From Deltaproteobacteria bacterium (GTDB taxonomy: Bacteria > CG2-30-53-67): a stretch of DNA of 64,000 nucleotides. Below, piece by piece: positions 1-10,519 of this stretch. The notes beneath the pieces were generated by a model. It saw nothing but the letters and a program-made list of their open reading frames with translations, had not been told where the DNA came from and did not search any database. The translations under genes and the position numbers were made by a program. Position 1 is the first letter of the stretch; every line of letters starts with the position of its first letter. The stretch spans positions 1-64,000 of the forward strand of contig JAADIO010000019.1 in assembly GCA_013151235.1 (NCBI GenBank), read 5' to 3'.

Positions 1-79
1 TCACACGAGCCCGATATGCGCCTCCGCCGCCACACCATGGGTTTTGTGGGTCGTCGTAAATGAAATGCAGGATCTTCAT
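1..79 (-). CDS. Glycosyltransferase family 4, N-terminal fragment (runs off window)
   Basis: Hand translation MKILHFIYDDPQNPWCGGGGAYRARV; ATG overlaps the upstream TAA (TAATG); resembles a GT4 N-terminus. Confidence 0.7.
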   Translation of the reverse strand, partial: MKILHFIYDDPQNPWCGGGGAYRARV

Positions 80-1116
80 TATTCCAGTGCACCCAGGATG
101 AAGTCGAGTTTCCGCTTGAAGGAGGAGAAAGAATAGCGTGCCCGGAACTCTTTTTGCAGTTCTCCGACCTTTTGGAGAGCCGCTTGATATTGGTTGAGCA
201 CGCTCTCGATATTCTCCCTGGCGTCCTTTATATTCTTAAACAGCCATTCGTCCGGCAGGAATCCGGAAATCCCGACGGTGTTCCTGCCGATGACCGGGAT
301 GCCGCTGCTGATTGCCTCTAACAGGACAAGCGGGAATCCCTCAAAGTGCGACGGCAGCAAGAGCAGGTCGACCTCCGGGTAGAAATCGGAGTTTCTCACC
401 CAGCCCCGGAATGTCACCTTGTTCCCCATGTCGTATTTCGTTGCCATGTTTTCCAGAAGGATCCGGTCTTCTCCTTCCCCTCCGATCAGAAGTTCCAGAT
501 CCTTGAAGTTTCCGTTTTCTGTAAGGTCCCGGAATATTCTGATCCCGTCGTCGAATCCTTTGTGGCGCACAAGCCTGCCGAGCATGCCGATACGCTGCTG
601 CCTGCCGGCATGATGTCCGGTCCTGCCTTCTGCATTGAAGAAATTATTCAGGATAAATACCCTTTTGCCGGGGACGATCTTTTCAAGGTTTTCCCGGTTC
701 AGGTCGGTTATTGTGATAAAGGCATCAGGAAGCCTGTAAACCAGCCTGGCGATCCTGTCTTTCAGGTTGCAGAAGCGTTCTCCGAATACACAAAAGCTGT
801 AAACCGTTGGTATATAGGATACAGTCTTTACGCCGAGTCTTTTGAAGATCAGCAGGCCTTTCATGTTCAGCAGGATATGACCTTGCGGCACAATTGCAAA
901 TGCCGGATCGGATTTCCTGACCGTTTCTTTGAGTTTTGGGTAAGACGATATTTTTTCGGCTTCGACGCCGCGCGGGATGTGTTTTGCAAGTTTATCGTTT
1001 CGGTACAGAACCGTCGGATGATGGCCCAGTTCCACGGCTGTCTCGGCTATCTTCATGGTCATCAGTTCATGTCCGCCGATCAGGCCGGCCGGGCAGTAGA
1101 TAATGAAACGGGCCAT
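79..1116 (-). CDS. Glycosyltransferase family 4 (GT-B)
   Basis: GRLVRHKG and PSHFEGFPLVLLEAISSGIPVI motifs; start trimmed to MARFIIYC (ATG at 1116). Confidence 0.9.
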   Translation of the reverse strand: MARFIIYCPAGLIGGHELMTMKIAETAVELGHHPTVLYRNDKLAKHIPRGVEAEKISSYPKLKETVRKSDPAFAIVPQGHILLNMKGLLIFKRLGVKTVSYIPTVYSFCVFGERFCNLKDRIARLVYRLPDAFITITDLNRENLEKIVPGKRVFILNNFFNAEGRTGHHAGRQQRIGMLGRLVRHKGFDDGIRIFRDLTENGNFKDLELLIGGEGEDRILLENMATKYDMGNKVTFRGWVRNSDFYPEVDLLLLPSHFEGFPLVLLEAISSGIPVIGRNTVGISGFLPDEWLFKNIKDARENIESVLNQYQAALQKVGELQKEFRARYSFSSFKRKLDFILGALE

Positions 1117-1225
1117 GGATAAGCCTTTCGCGTATCCTGGAGTTATCCATTTATAATGGCTATATGCATTGGTGATAGATCCGGCCTGATTTCCGTAATC
1201 TTCTGGCCGGTATTTAGTGGTGTCT

Positions 1226-2206
1226 CTATGCCGGTCGTTGTACGAGTTTGTCCCGGACCCGTTTCCAAACCCTGTATAAGGGGGGTGTGTAGAGTCTGAG
1301 AAACAAGGCGGCCCTGCGCGGTGCGGGGATGACATAAAGCATGGGATGAACGGCAATGCTTTTCAGGAAATACCTCTTTGCCCTTGCAGTCTTTCCCAGG
1401 CTTGCGCTTACAACCGCCGCGCGGCAGTATGCATCAGAGACACCCTTCCGAATCTCTTTTTGATATTCCTTCCCCTCGAGATGTTGTTTGAAAAAATCGT
1501 ATATTTCCAGGTTCATCTGAAGCTGCGCTGACAACGATTGAGACCAGTAGCCTCCTGCATGGTTTCTGTATACCGCCATAACTTTATTTATCAGCCTGAT
1601 GCTGCCGCGCCGGGCACAGTGGATGAAAAGCGGCCAGTCGCCTACGGGAATCTTGTAGAACCAGTCCGGAAGTTCTCCAATGGCATCTTTCCGGACCATG
1701 GCGGATACCGTTGGGATGAAGTTCAGCCGCAGAAGATCGGTAAGCCCGTAGGATTTCTTGACATGTGCGGGGTGAACAGCCGTGATGCGGTCGGTTGCCT
1801 CATTGAGTTCCTGTACGCGGTGAAAACAGACCGTATATCCGGGATGGGTATCCATGAAATCGGCCTGCTCCTGCAACTTGTTCGGATCCGTCCAGTAGTC
1901 ATCACCGTCCAGCAAAGCGATGTATTTCCCCGTTGCAGCTTTCAGGTTTTCCGTAAAGTTGAAACGACCGGTCGCCCGTCCGTTGATGTATATCACATCT
2001 TTCCGTGAGCGGAGGAAAAGGCGGATACGGTCAGGGTATCTCCCTGCGTAGTCGATGCAGATCTCCCGTGTTCCATCGCTACTTTCATCCTCGCCGACAA
2101 TAATCTCATAATCGAAGTCTGTTTCCTGCATCAGGACGCTCTCCAGCGCCTTCTTGATGTAAGAAGCATGATTATAGGTCTGCAGACAGACGCTGACCTT
2201 GATCAC
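1226..2206 (-). CDS. Glycosyltransferase family 2
   Basis: VSVCLQTYNH, GEDESSDGT and LLDGDDYW motifs. Confidence 0.92.
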   Translation of the reverse strand: MIKVSVCLQTYNHASYIKKALESVLMQETDFDYEIIVGEDESSDGTREICIDYAGRYPDRIRLFLRSRKDVIYINGRATGRFNFTENLKAATGKYIALLDGDDYWTDPNKLQEQADFMDTHPGYTVCFHRVQELNEATDRITAVHPAHVKKSYGLTDLLRLNFIPTVSAMVRKDAIGELPDWFYKIPVGDWPLFIHCARRGSIRLINKVMAVYRNHAGGYWSQSLSAQLQMNLEIYDFFKQHLEGKEYQKEIRKGVSDAYCRAAVVSASLGKTARAKRYFLKSIAVHPMLYVIPAPRRAALFLRLYTPPLYRVWKRVRDKLVQRPA

Positions 2207-2208
2207 CT

Positions 2209-3423
2209 TCAGTCCTCCCCCAGCCTTGACAGGATTTCTTTATGGCCGGCAATAATGAAACGGATCAGGGTGCAGATCTTTTCGATGGCTGCTTCTCCGA
2301 TTGCCGTTCCGGTCGGCAGGACCACGACCTTCCGGACGAGTTTCTCCGTTTCGGGAAGGAGGAGATATGCATTCGGGTAATAGGAATGATAAGGCTCCAT
2401 GCGGTGACACCCCGGATAGAAGTAACGGCGGGCCCGGACATTTTCGGCATGCAGTATCCTTATCAGGAGATCCCGGTTGAGGCCCGCAACCTCTTCGTCA
2501 AGCTCGATGACAACGTACTGGTAATTGTTTGCCTCATTGGTGTTGTATTCAAGGAGGCTGATCCCTGGGATTCCCGAAAGATTTTTCTTGTATGTGTGAT
2601 AATTGCGTTGGTTGACTTCGATGAACTTGTCCATGCTTTCCAGTGATGTCAGGCCCATGGCGGCTGAGACTTCATTCATCTTCCCGTTTGCGCCGATGTA
2701 AATGACATTGTCCAGCCCTGCAAATCCGAAGTTCTTCATCAGACGTATCTTGCCGGCCAGTTCGTCATTGTTTGTGGTGACGAGCCCCCCCTCAAAGGTG
2801 TTTATGAATTTGGTTGCATGAAAGCTGAAGACCTCGGCATCGCCGAAATTTCCGATCATGCGCCCGTTGTAAGTGCATCCGAAAGCATGGGCCGCGTCGA
2901 AAAGCAGCCGCAGGTTGTTGTGTCGGGCGATCTCTTCCAGTGCCCCTATGTTGCAGGCCCGGCCCCAAAGGTGTACACCTATGATCCCCGTGGTTCTCGG
3001 CGTGATCAACCGTTCGACCCGGTCCGGATCAATGGTATGCGTCCGCGGGTCGATATCGCAAAAAACAGGGGTGATCTCCTGCCATTGCAGTGCGTGGGCT
3101 GTTGCAACGAAAGTGAAGGAGGGGACGATCACTTCACCCGTCATGCCGGCCGCCCGGGTTGCAATCTCAAGCCCGAGGGTTGCATTGTCCATGGTAATGC
3201 AGTGCCTGACCCCCAGCAGATCGCTCAGTCTCCGTTCGAACTCACGTACCATCGGACCATTGTTGGTCAGCCATCGGCGATCCAGGATGTCCTCAATCCG
3301 CTCGATCAGTTTTCTCCGGTCTCCGATATTCGGACGGCCGACATGGAGAGTTTCGCCGAAGGCGGGCTTTCCGCCGAAAATCGCAAGATCGGACAATGAT
3401 AGATGATCCGTATGTTTACTCAT
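2209..3423 (-). CDS. DegT/DnrJ/EryC1/StrS sugar aminotransferase (VioA-like)
   Basis: PSFTFVATAHA, FDAAHAFG and FSFHATK (PLP lysine) motifs. Confidence 0.92.
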   Translation of the reverse strand: MSKHTDHLSLSDLAIFGGKPAFGETLHVGRPNIGDRRKLIERIEDILDRRWLTNNGPMVREFERRLSDLLGVRHCITMDNATLGLEIATRAAGMTGEVIVPSFTFVATAHALQWQEITPVFCDIDPRTHTIDPDRVERLITPRTTGIIGVHLWGRACNIGALEEIARHNNLRLLFDAAHAFGCTYNGRMIGNFGDAEVFSFHATKFINTFEGGLVTTNNDELAGKIRLMKNFGFAGLDNVIYIGANGKMNEVSAAMGLTSLESMDKFIEVNQRNYHTYKKNLSGIPGISLLEYNTNEANNYQYVVIELDEEVAGLNRDLLIRILHAENVRARRYFYPGCHRMEPYHSYYPNAYLLLPETEKLVRKVVVLPTGTAIGEAAIEKICTLIRFIIAGHKEILSRLGED

Positions 3424-4190
3424 CCTTGGATCTTTCTTGATCGCATAATAAATATAGGACGATTCAGGAATTCTCCCAGTGAATCGTCTCGTTCTATATT
3501 GGCAGAGTTTGCGTCTTTATATACGATTCCATTGGGTCTTCTTTCGGCAATGCCTATGTTTTGTATTGACCAATCGTCACGAATACCCGATTCCAAGAAC
3601 CGGATCAACTCTTTTTTCGTTCCGTGCTGAAACAACGGCTTTTCGATATTGCCTTGCCAGTTGAAGCCCAGTTGAAAAACGAGCTGTTTTACATGTTTTG
3701 CAAGACGTTTTAAAGATAATAATATATTTGCTTTCGCCGAATCCACGTCACGGATATTTCTGCCGTAGTCATCTCCGACATGATGCAGAACATTCAACAG
3801 GAAACAAATATCCGAATCAACCCAATCCAGGTCATTTCCAAAATCAAAATATTGGGAATAGACCCTGATTTGATCCTGCCATTTCAGAACCCGTGCGGCC
3901 TCTTCCACGAACGCACTATGGGCAGGATTCCCTTCTATGAAGATAGCGAAATCCGCTCCATGGTCAATCATCTCGAAGGTAAAGAAACCGGTATTCCCTC
4001 CGATATCCGTGAACTGGGCGCCACGGCATTCTATATGGCGAAGAATATAATCTAATCGCTCCTGCTCAAAACGAGATCGGATGTTCAACGTTGCAACGGG
4101 CAGGAGATTAGATAAAACCTTCGCAGGTATCTGGTATTGACTGTGCTTGCCGGTTTCGTTGTACAAAGTCAGCAATCTGTCATATTTCAC
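3420..4190 (-). CDS. Class I SAM-dependent methyltransferase-like protein
   Basis: DIGGNTGFF glycine-rich motif I; LLNVLHH; overlaps both neighbours in the operon. Confidence 0.7.
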   Translation of the reverse strand: MKYDRLLTLYNETGKHSQYQIPAKVLSNLLPVATLNIRSRFEQERLDYILRHIECRGAQFTDIGGNTGFFTFEMIDHGADFAIFIEGNPAHSAFVEEAARVLKWQDQIRVYSQYFDFGNDLDWVDSDICFLLNVLHHVGDDYGRNIRDVDSAKANILLSLKRLAKHVKQLVFQLGFNWQGNIEKPLFQHGTKKELIRFLESGIRDDWSIQNIGIAERRPNGIVYKDANSANIERDDSLGEFLNRPIFIMRSRKIQG

Positions 4191-5310
4191 TGAATGCTCC
4201 CATGTTTGTCTCTTTCAGGAAGAGGTCGAATGTGCCCTGCTGCAGGAAAATGTCGCAAGTCCTTATTGCCGGGAACTCCTCCAGAAATTGATCTGCTGAA
4301 TAATTGTGAAATGTAATGGGCTGTCCCGAACGACTGATGCCTCCTGACCAGAAATAATAGTCCGACCGACCTGACGAATTTTCATCCGGGGAGACTACGA
4401 AACCATGGTCCTGCAGAAATTTCCCGAACAAGTCTATCCCGTTGTCGACGATGAATTGCATCGGCCCCCAGAGGCGGGGGTTGGCTTCTATCATTACAGC
4501 GTGTCTACCTGCCTTATCAACTCTCAACTCGATCATGATCAATCCGGCAAAGCCGATTTTATGCAGCATTTCCACATATCGCTCCGCCAGGGGGGTTTGA
4601 TGAAAACCGGAACGTCTGGCGAGCAGGATGGATTTTCCGTTTGCCTGTTGCATCAGGTTCTCCTGAGCGAACAATATATCATTCCCAGTCTTTCTGATGT
4701 ATCCAAGCAGGTATATGTTCCTTCCTGCAACATACTCCTGAAAAAAAAATTCATGGGTGTCTTCAGAACTCAGGAACTTCTCCAGACCGAAGCGATTGAG
4801 AATAATGTACGGATAGAGCGCCCTTCCTGTCGAAGAAAAATAGGTCATTGGTTTCGCAACAAAAGGGAAACCGGAAGGGATATCGATAAATTCTTCAGGG
4901 ACATCTAAATTGAAGGATCTGCAGATAGATGCAAAACTCTTTTTGTCCGAAATTTCGGCATAAATTCCTTTCTCAACTAATGGAACAATACAGTTTGCCG
5001 CCTCGATTTCTTCGCGGTGTTCCAGAAGAAACCGATTGAGGTACTCCGTTGTAGGGAGTATTAGAACTCGATCGTAACCGTATTTATGGACGACATGATT
5101 CACCCATGACATGAAAACATCCGGATCCAGGTCCTCCGATTTTCTTTTAAAAAGAACTTTTTCTTTATACGCAGTCAGAAAGATCGGATCTTTGGGGCCG
5201 TTGGCGATAACATGGAAATCTATGTCATGCATAGCGGCCCAGCGGCAAAAAGCGATCACCGCCCGGACATTATACCCCGATAACAGCAAAACGGCTTGAT
5301 TCCAGCTCAT
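4180..5310 (-). CDS. ATP-grasp domain protein
   Basis: ISDKKSF, FPFVAKP, FQEYVAG and MIEANPRLWG motifs. Confidence 0.8.
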   Translation of the reverse strand: MSWNQAVLLLSGYNVRAVIAFCRWAAMHDIDFHVIANGPKDPIFLTAYKEKVLFKRKSEDLDPDVFMSWVNHVVHKYGYDRVLILPTTEYLNRFLLEHREEIEAANCIVPLVEKGIYAEISDKKSFASICRSFNLDVPEEFIDIPSGFPFVAKPMTYFSSTGRALYPYIILNRFGLEKFLSSEDTHEFFFQEYVAGRNIYLLGYIRKTGNDILFAQENLMQQANGKSILLARRSGFHQTPLAERYVEMLHKIGFAGLIMIELRVDKAGRHAVMIEANPRLWGPMQFIVDNGIDLFGKFLQDHGFVVSPDENSSGRSDYYFWSGGISRSGQPITFHNYSADQFLEEFPAIRTCDIFLQQGTFDLFLKETNMGAFSEI

Positions 5311-6743
5311 ACAATCTTCGCGAAAAAGAGATTCCGCACCTCCTCAAACATCGCCAGCCTGCAAATCCTGCACACAACTACGTACAGAATTCCGCCTACA
5401 ACGACTTGTGACATGAGCATTATCGCATCGTTCATGAACGGCAACCGGTGCAGCATGTAGACCGCACCCCCCATCATGCCCGCGACCCCCATGTAGGGAA
5501 GAAGATCGGTTACTTGGGCTTTGAACGGATATGCAATCAGATCACCGTTCTTGTAGCTGTTCAGATAATAGGAAGTGATTGCCGTTACGATCTGGCCTGC
5601 AATTATTGCCTTGATCCCCCAGCGCCAGGTGATCCCGATGTTCAGGGCCACCATGGATTTCTTTATGATTTCAAGACGGAACATGAGGTCGGAACGTCCG
5701 TTGGCCAGCAGGACATTCAGGTTGACCATGCTGAGCGGATAAAAGAGTCCGACGATCGCCAGCATCTGCAGGAAGGGTACCGCTGGTTCCCATCGTTTTC
5801 CCAGTAATACGAGGACCAACGGCCGGGCGGTAACAATAAGACCGATCATCATCGGGAAATTAACCAGGGCGATAGTTTTGAGCGCCTTTCGTACTGCATT
5901 CTTCATCCGCTCCGGTTCTCCCTGCATCCTGGAGAAAACCGGGAAAGCCACTCTTCCGACGACCCCGCCCATGGTCTGCGAGGGGATCTGCTGAATGGAA
6001 CGTGCCCGTGTATAGTAGCCCAGCTCCGATGGTGCAAACAGTTTTCCTATGGCCACGTTGTATGCGTTGCGGAAAAGGGCATCCAGAACACCGGAACCCA
6101 GCAGCCTGGAACTGAATCCAAAGAGTTCACGGAGGGCCGATAAACTGAAGTTCCGGCCGGGACGCCATCTGCTGAAGAACCACAAGGTAAGCGAATCGAG
6201 AAGTGTTCCGCTCAGTGTTTGGCCGACAAGGCTCCAGACGCCGAAATGCATGAAGGCCATACCGATCCCTATGACCCCCGAACCGGTTACGGCAATCAGT
6301 CTTACCTTTGCCTGGGTCTTGAAATCCAGCTCTTTGGTCATCAGTGTTGTCTGGATGACCCCCAGCGCGGCAAAGATGAAGTTGAAGGCCAACACGCGGG
6401 TCAGGGATACAAGGGCCGGCTGTTTGTAAAAGCGTGCAATCCATGGAGCGGCTTCCCACAAGGCCGTTGCTGTCAGAAGGCTTAACAGGAGATTGGCATA
6501 AAAGACGGATGTGTAATGTGTTTCCGTCGCGTCCTGCTTCTGGATCAGGGCCGAGCCGAAACCGCTGTCCAGGAAGATATGCCCCAGTGCGATAAAGACC
6601 GTCAACATCCCGATCAGTCCGAACTCGGCGGGCATAAGCAACCTTGCGAGTATGACCAGGACGATGAACTGGACGATCCTGGGACCAACCTGCTCAACCG
6701 CACTCCAGAAAACGCTTTTGATGGCTTTGTCCTTCAGACTCAT
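5307..6743 (-). CDS. wzx: Polysaccharide flippase (Wzx/WzxC family)
   Basis: ILARLLMPAEFGLIGM, DSGFGSALIQK and FGVWSLVGQ motifs; multiple TM helices. Confidence 0.9.
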   Translation of the reverse strand: MSLKDKAIKSVFWSAVEQVGPRIVQFIVLVILARLLMPAEFGLIGMLTVFIALGHIFLDSGFGSALIQKQDATETHYTSVFYANLLLSLLTATALWEAAPWIARFYKQPALVSLTRVLAFNFIFAALGVIQTTLMTKELDFKTQAKVRLIAVTGSGVIGIGMAFMHFGVWSLVGQTLSGTLLDSLTLWFFSRWRPGRNFSLSALRELFGFSSRLLGSGVLDALFRNAYNVAIGKLFAPSELGYYTRARSIQQIPSQTMGGVVGRVAFPVFSRMQGEPERMKNAVRKALKTIALVNFPMMIGLIVTARPLVLVLLGKRWEPAVPFLQMLAIVGLFYPLSMVNLNVLLANGRSDLMFRLEIIKKSMVALNIGITWRWGIKAIIAGQIVTAITSYYLNSYKNGDLIAYPFKAQVTDLLPYMGVAGMMGGAVYMLHRLPFMNDAIMLMSQVVVGGILYVVVCRICRLAMFEEVRNLFFAKIV

Positions 6744-7165
6744 ATCTGATTCTAAACCGATTCCCCTTGGCCGACCGGTTTGCTCTCGTTTGGTATCACT
6801 GAATGCAACTTTATGGGCAGGGAATGAAAAACCGTGGTCGGAATATCTTTGTTCTCTCCCTTGTTATGGAGAGCCCGGCGCTTTCGGTTTAACCATGTTT
6901 AGCAAACGTTACGGATAATCTTTACGGTTTCTTCGGCATAATTTATATCCACGCCGGGCGCATCAAGGGTGGGACTGCTTGGGAGATATCGGAAATACAT
7001 ATTTTAGCCCTTATGTGCCTTTATATTTACGATGGCGCATCTTGCCGGGAATTGCAAGATATTTTTTTGGGAAAGCCGGACTCTTGTCAGGTGTGCAAAC
7101 ACAGCAAAGGAACAAAAAACATGGTGCATGAAAGCGGTTTTTGCGAGTTTTCCGGGGTATGAGGA

Positions 7166-7981
7166 CTATAAGTGTGTTCTGGCTTGGGATGATCTACTCC
7201 GCCGGGCATGGCGATGGACCCCAATCATCCCGATCAGGCCGATACCGAAGAGGAAGAGACTGGCCGGTTCCGGTACGACGCTCAGCCGCTGCACATCCTC
7301 GGCGGGAAGCACGTGGTCATAGATCTTCAGGTCATCGAGAGCGCCCGAAAAAAAGAGACCATCATCTTCATCCGTCAGATGGGTCATCCCGATGACCATT
7401 GGAAATCCGGTTGTACTATAAAGAAGAGGACCATCGTTTTCCCCAACAAGGAAGCCATCTATATAAAGTTTATGCCCTGAAGAAGAAAACGTGGTAGTCA
7501 TTTGATGCCATTTGCCATCATTCAAATGAGCCGGAGAGTCTATAATAGACATATCCGGTCCGGGTTGAGGACTTGCATCAACGCGTACACGAATCCTCCC
7601 GTCCCATAGTATTTTGACGGTAAAACCATGATTGCTGTAATAGTTTTCACCGGGATCGGAGCTGAAGATCGTACCGACGGAGCTCTGGGTGGTCTTGAAC
7701 CACGTGGCGAAGGTAAAGACCGACGGTTGCAGGACATCGTCGAAATGGACATGGTCATCGACACCATCGAAGGAGAGGGCGCTCTCCGGATTCCCGAACC
7801 GGTCGGAGGTAAATATCCCCCCCATCACCGTTCCGTTATAACCGTTTCCCTCGGCATCAAGGGCGTTCCCGTCGAAGGGGAACCAGGCTACCGGATCGTC
7901 GATCGGTGCGGCGCCGGCGGGTTGCCAGGCGAAGAGAATGCAGGGCATCAGGAGAAGGACAGAGAGGATCTTTTTCATCAT
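7166..7981 (-). CDS. LamG-like jelly-roll protein with PEP-CTERM sorting signal
   Basis: Signal peptide; DRFGNPESALSFDG, LNDGKWHQ and FSGALDDLKIYD LamG motifs; C-terminal VPEPASLFLFGIGLIGMIG followed by a basic tail. Confidence 0.88.
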   Translation of the reverse strand: MMKKILSVLLLMPCILFAWQPAGAAPIDDPVAWFPFDGNALDAEGNGYNGTVMGGIFTSDRFGNPESALSFDGVDDHVHFDDVLQPSVFTFATWFKTTQSSVGTIFSSDPGENYYSNHGFTVKILWDGRIRVRVDASPQPGPDMSIIDSPAHLNDGKWHQMTTTFSSSGHKLYIDGFLVGENDGPLLYSTTGFPMVIGMTHLTDEDDGLFFSGALDDLKIYDHVLPAEDVQRLSVVPEPASLFLFGIGLIGMIGVHRHARRSRSSQARTHL

Positions 7982-8072
7982 CGGCTCCTTTCATAAAAAG
8001 AACGGTTGAGAAGAGAAAGGGGCGCCCCATCCCGAAGGCCAGGAATGCGGATCCCTTCTGACCGGAGGAGAA

Positions 8073-8088
8073 GGCACAATACATGCCA
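8073..8088 (-). promoter_or_regulatory. Sigma-54 (-24/-12) promoter for the PEP-CTERM gene
   Basis: Minus strand TGGCATGTATTGTGCC = GG-N10-GC, about 90 bp upstream of the start. Confidence 0.55.
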
Positions 8089-8489
8089 ATCAATCCGATA
8101 ACGGGATAAGGCCGGGAAACCTTCAGAAACAAAAGGAAAATCCGGGAGGGGTACAGACGATAGGGTGGGACGGAAGATCAGAACAGAATCAAGAATCTGA
8201 CAACCGTCAGGTTTCCGACGAAGGGCCGGGAAACAGGCAAGATGAAGAGCTCCTCTCCTGAAGAGTGCCGGGATGCTTGTTCCCATGGCGGTGTTGCTTT
8301 GCCCTGAATGATTCCTGTGAAGGGCTGAATTAGGGTTCTCTATGTGTGTCCGGCACACCTCCCCCCATCCTTTGCCCCACGATACTATAAGGATCCTTTA
8401 CTGCCAACGTTAAAAAGCTGTCCCGGGACTGTCTGTACAGGAGAAATAAAGATTGCTTCCGCCGGGGAAATTGAATAATCTGGAAGATA

Positions 8490-8610
8490 AAGTCAAAACC
8501 GAAAAGCATCAACCGTGGGGCAACACAGGGTGCCACGGGGAAAAGGCAAGACAGGGATCAAGTCAAAACCGGAAAGCGGCCTCTCGCCAGTACGCGAAGA
8601 AGACAAAAGA
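8490..8610 (+). repeat. Degenerate purine-rich intergenic repeat, copy 1 (copy 2 at 15377-15466)
   Basis: AAGTCAAAA..GCATCAACCGTGGGGCAACACAGGGTGCCACGGGGAAAAGGCAA..TCGCCAGTACGCGAAG matches the 15377 copy. Confidence 0.6.
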
Positions 8611-8632
8611 GTTTGACCACAGGAGACTATTG

Positions 8633-10294
8633 ATGTCCGGTACGGAAAAAAAGGCCCTTGCCGCCGTTCTGATTTTTGGGGCGGTCTTCGCTGTCTATGC
8701 CCCGGCGCTTTCAAACGGCTTTCTCGCGATCTGGGACGACCCGGCCTATATCACGGCCAACCCGGATATCGCGGGGATAACCCTTGCTCACCTGAAGGCG
8801 GTCTTTTCGCACATCTATGTGGAAAATTATGCTCCGATTCATCTTCTGTCCTACATGATGGACTACGCCCTATACGGTCTTTCCGCCGCCGGATTTCACC
8901 TGACGAACAACTTGGTCCACGGCTTCAACGGGGCGCTGGTCTTCCTGCTGATCTACAGGGTTTCGAAGGATCTCTCACTCTCCATACTCTCTGCTCTCCT
9001 TTTTGCCCTCCATCCGGTGCAGGTCGAATCGGTGGTCTGGCTGAGCGAGCGGAAGACAATCCTGGCCGCCGCCTTCGGGCTTGGTTCCTTCCTGGTCTTT
9101 CTCCGGTTCCTTGACCGGCGGGGGCGCGGCCTCTATGTTTCCGCTCTCCTTCTTTTTGCAGCGGCGCTTTTGAGTAAGGCCTCTGTGGTAATCCTTCCCC
9201 TTTTGTTTCTGGTCTATTTGCTCTTGTTCCCTCATGAGAAGCGTCACCTGTGGTTCCCGGTGATCCCTTTTTTTCTCCTTGCGGCGGCGGGGGCGGTGCT
9301 GACGGTTATGACCCAGCGCCGTGTTATTGTCCCCTATTATGGCGGTTCCCCCTATGCCACGGCCCTGACGATGCTTCCGGTTTTGGCCGAGTACCTCAGG
9401 ATCTTCCTCTTTCCCTTCAATCTCTCTCCTTCCTATCAGCCGGTGATCTACCGGACTTTCTTCACGCCGCAGGTGTTTCTCTCCCTCCTTTTCCTTCTGA
9501 TGCTGGTTTTTCTGGTATGGCGTCTGCGTCGTGACCGGGAGGTGCTGTTCTGGGCCGCCTGGGTCTTCATCCCGCTCCTTCCGGTTTTGCAGATCATCCC
9601 CTTTGTGACGATTATGAACGACCGTTATCTCTATCTCTCTCTCATCGGCATGGCCCCCCTCATGGTGAAGACGATTCGCCGTGCCGCCGGACGGAACGGG
9701 GCGGTCATGGTTACGGCGCTGATCCTTGCCCTGATTCTGCCGCAGACGATCTCCCGTGCCCGACTCTGGCGGCCGGGGCCCGACCTGTGGCTCGATGCGA
9801 TCCGGCATTACCCGGAAAACGAGACCCTGTACCTCCAGCTTGCAACGGTCTATCAGAAGGGTGGCAGGATCCGCGCGGCCGAGACCGCCTTCCGGAAGGC
9901 GGCAGCGATCGATTCGGGGGACCTGACTCTTCACAAGAAGTACGGGGCGCTTTTGATGCAGGCCGGTCGGGATGAGGATGCGAAAAGGGAACTGCAGCGT
10001 GTCTATGACGCCGGCAGGCGGGATGTGGAACTTCTCTCCAATCTTGCCTATGCCTGCCTTGACACGGGTGACCCCGTTTCGGCGCTTCAGCACTTCCGGG
10101 AGGCGCTGTCCATGAATGACCGGGATGCCAATTCAATCTACGGCATGGCGATGGTGCATGAGCGTATGGGGAAGTGGGACCGGGCGGCCGACTTCTGGCG
10201 TCGGTTTCTCGAAGTTACCCCTCCGAACAACGCCTGGCGGGGAAAGGTTGAGCAGAGCCTGCGACGTGATGAGGCGAAGGCGGGTGGGGAGTGA
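8633..10294 (+). CDS. TMTC-like membrane glycosyltransferase with C-terminal TPR repeats
   Basis: WDDPAYI, YAPIHLLSY, LFALHPVQVESVVWLSER and DRYLY motifs; TPR-like C-terminus; RBS AGGAG before ATG 8633. Confidence 0.85.
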   Translation: MSGTEKKALAAVLIFGAVFAVYAPALSNGFLAIWDDPAYITANPDIAGITLAHLKAVFSHIYVENYAPIHLLSYMMDYALYGLSAAGFHLTNNLVHGFNGALVFLLIYRVSKDLSLSILSALLFALHPVQVESVVWLSERKTILAAAFGLGSFLVFLRFLDRRGRGLYVSALLLFAAALLSKASVVILPLLFLVYLLLFPHEKRHLWFPVIPFFLLAAAGAVLTVMTQRRVIVPYYGGSPYATALTMLPVLAEYLRIFLFPFNLSPSYQPVIYRTFFTPQVFLSLLFLLMLVFLVWRLRRDREVLFWAAWVFIPLLPVLQIIPFVTIMNDRYLYLSLIGMAPLMVKTIRRAAGRNGAVMVTALILALILPQTISRARLWRPGPDLWLDAIRHYPENETLYLQLATVYQKGGRIRAAETAFRKAAAIDSGDLTLHKKYGALLMQAGRDEDAKRELQRVYDAGRRDVELLSNLAYACLDTGDPVSALQHFREALSMNDRDANSIYGMAMVHERMGKWDRAADFWRRFLEVTPPNNAWRGKVEQSLRRDEAKAGGE

Positions 10295-10454
10295 AGCATG
10301 AAGATAGATACCATATTTGTCGGAAGGGGCGGGGAAAGGTCCAACAGCTCATTGTCACGGCCATCGTCCGGGAACTTGCGGCATAAATCAGCTTTTACGA
10401 GACCATCAATAATGAACCTTCCTGTTTGCGCAGGAAGAAAAGGACGATATTGTC

Positions 10455-10493
10455 TTGACAAAAATCACAAATAAGTATATACAACGAGTATAC
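10455..10493 (+). promoter_or_regulatory. Sigma-70 promoter and likely operator of the TA locus
   Basis: TTGACA-17-TATACA overlapped by palindrome GTATATAC and followed by GTATAC. Confidence 0.6.
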
Positions 10494-10519
10494 GATAAGT
10501 GGCAAAACAGGTGTGAAAG

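Noticed and set aside
6804-6820. Sigma-54-like site upstream of the flippase (TGCCCATAAAGTTGCA)
   Set aside because: Lacks the invariant GG at -24
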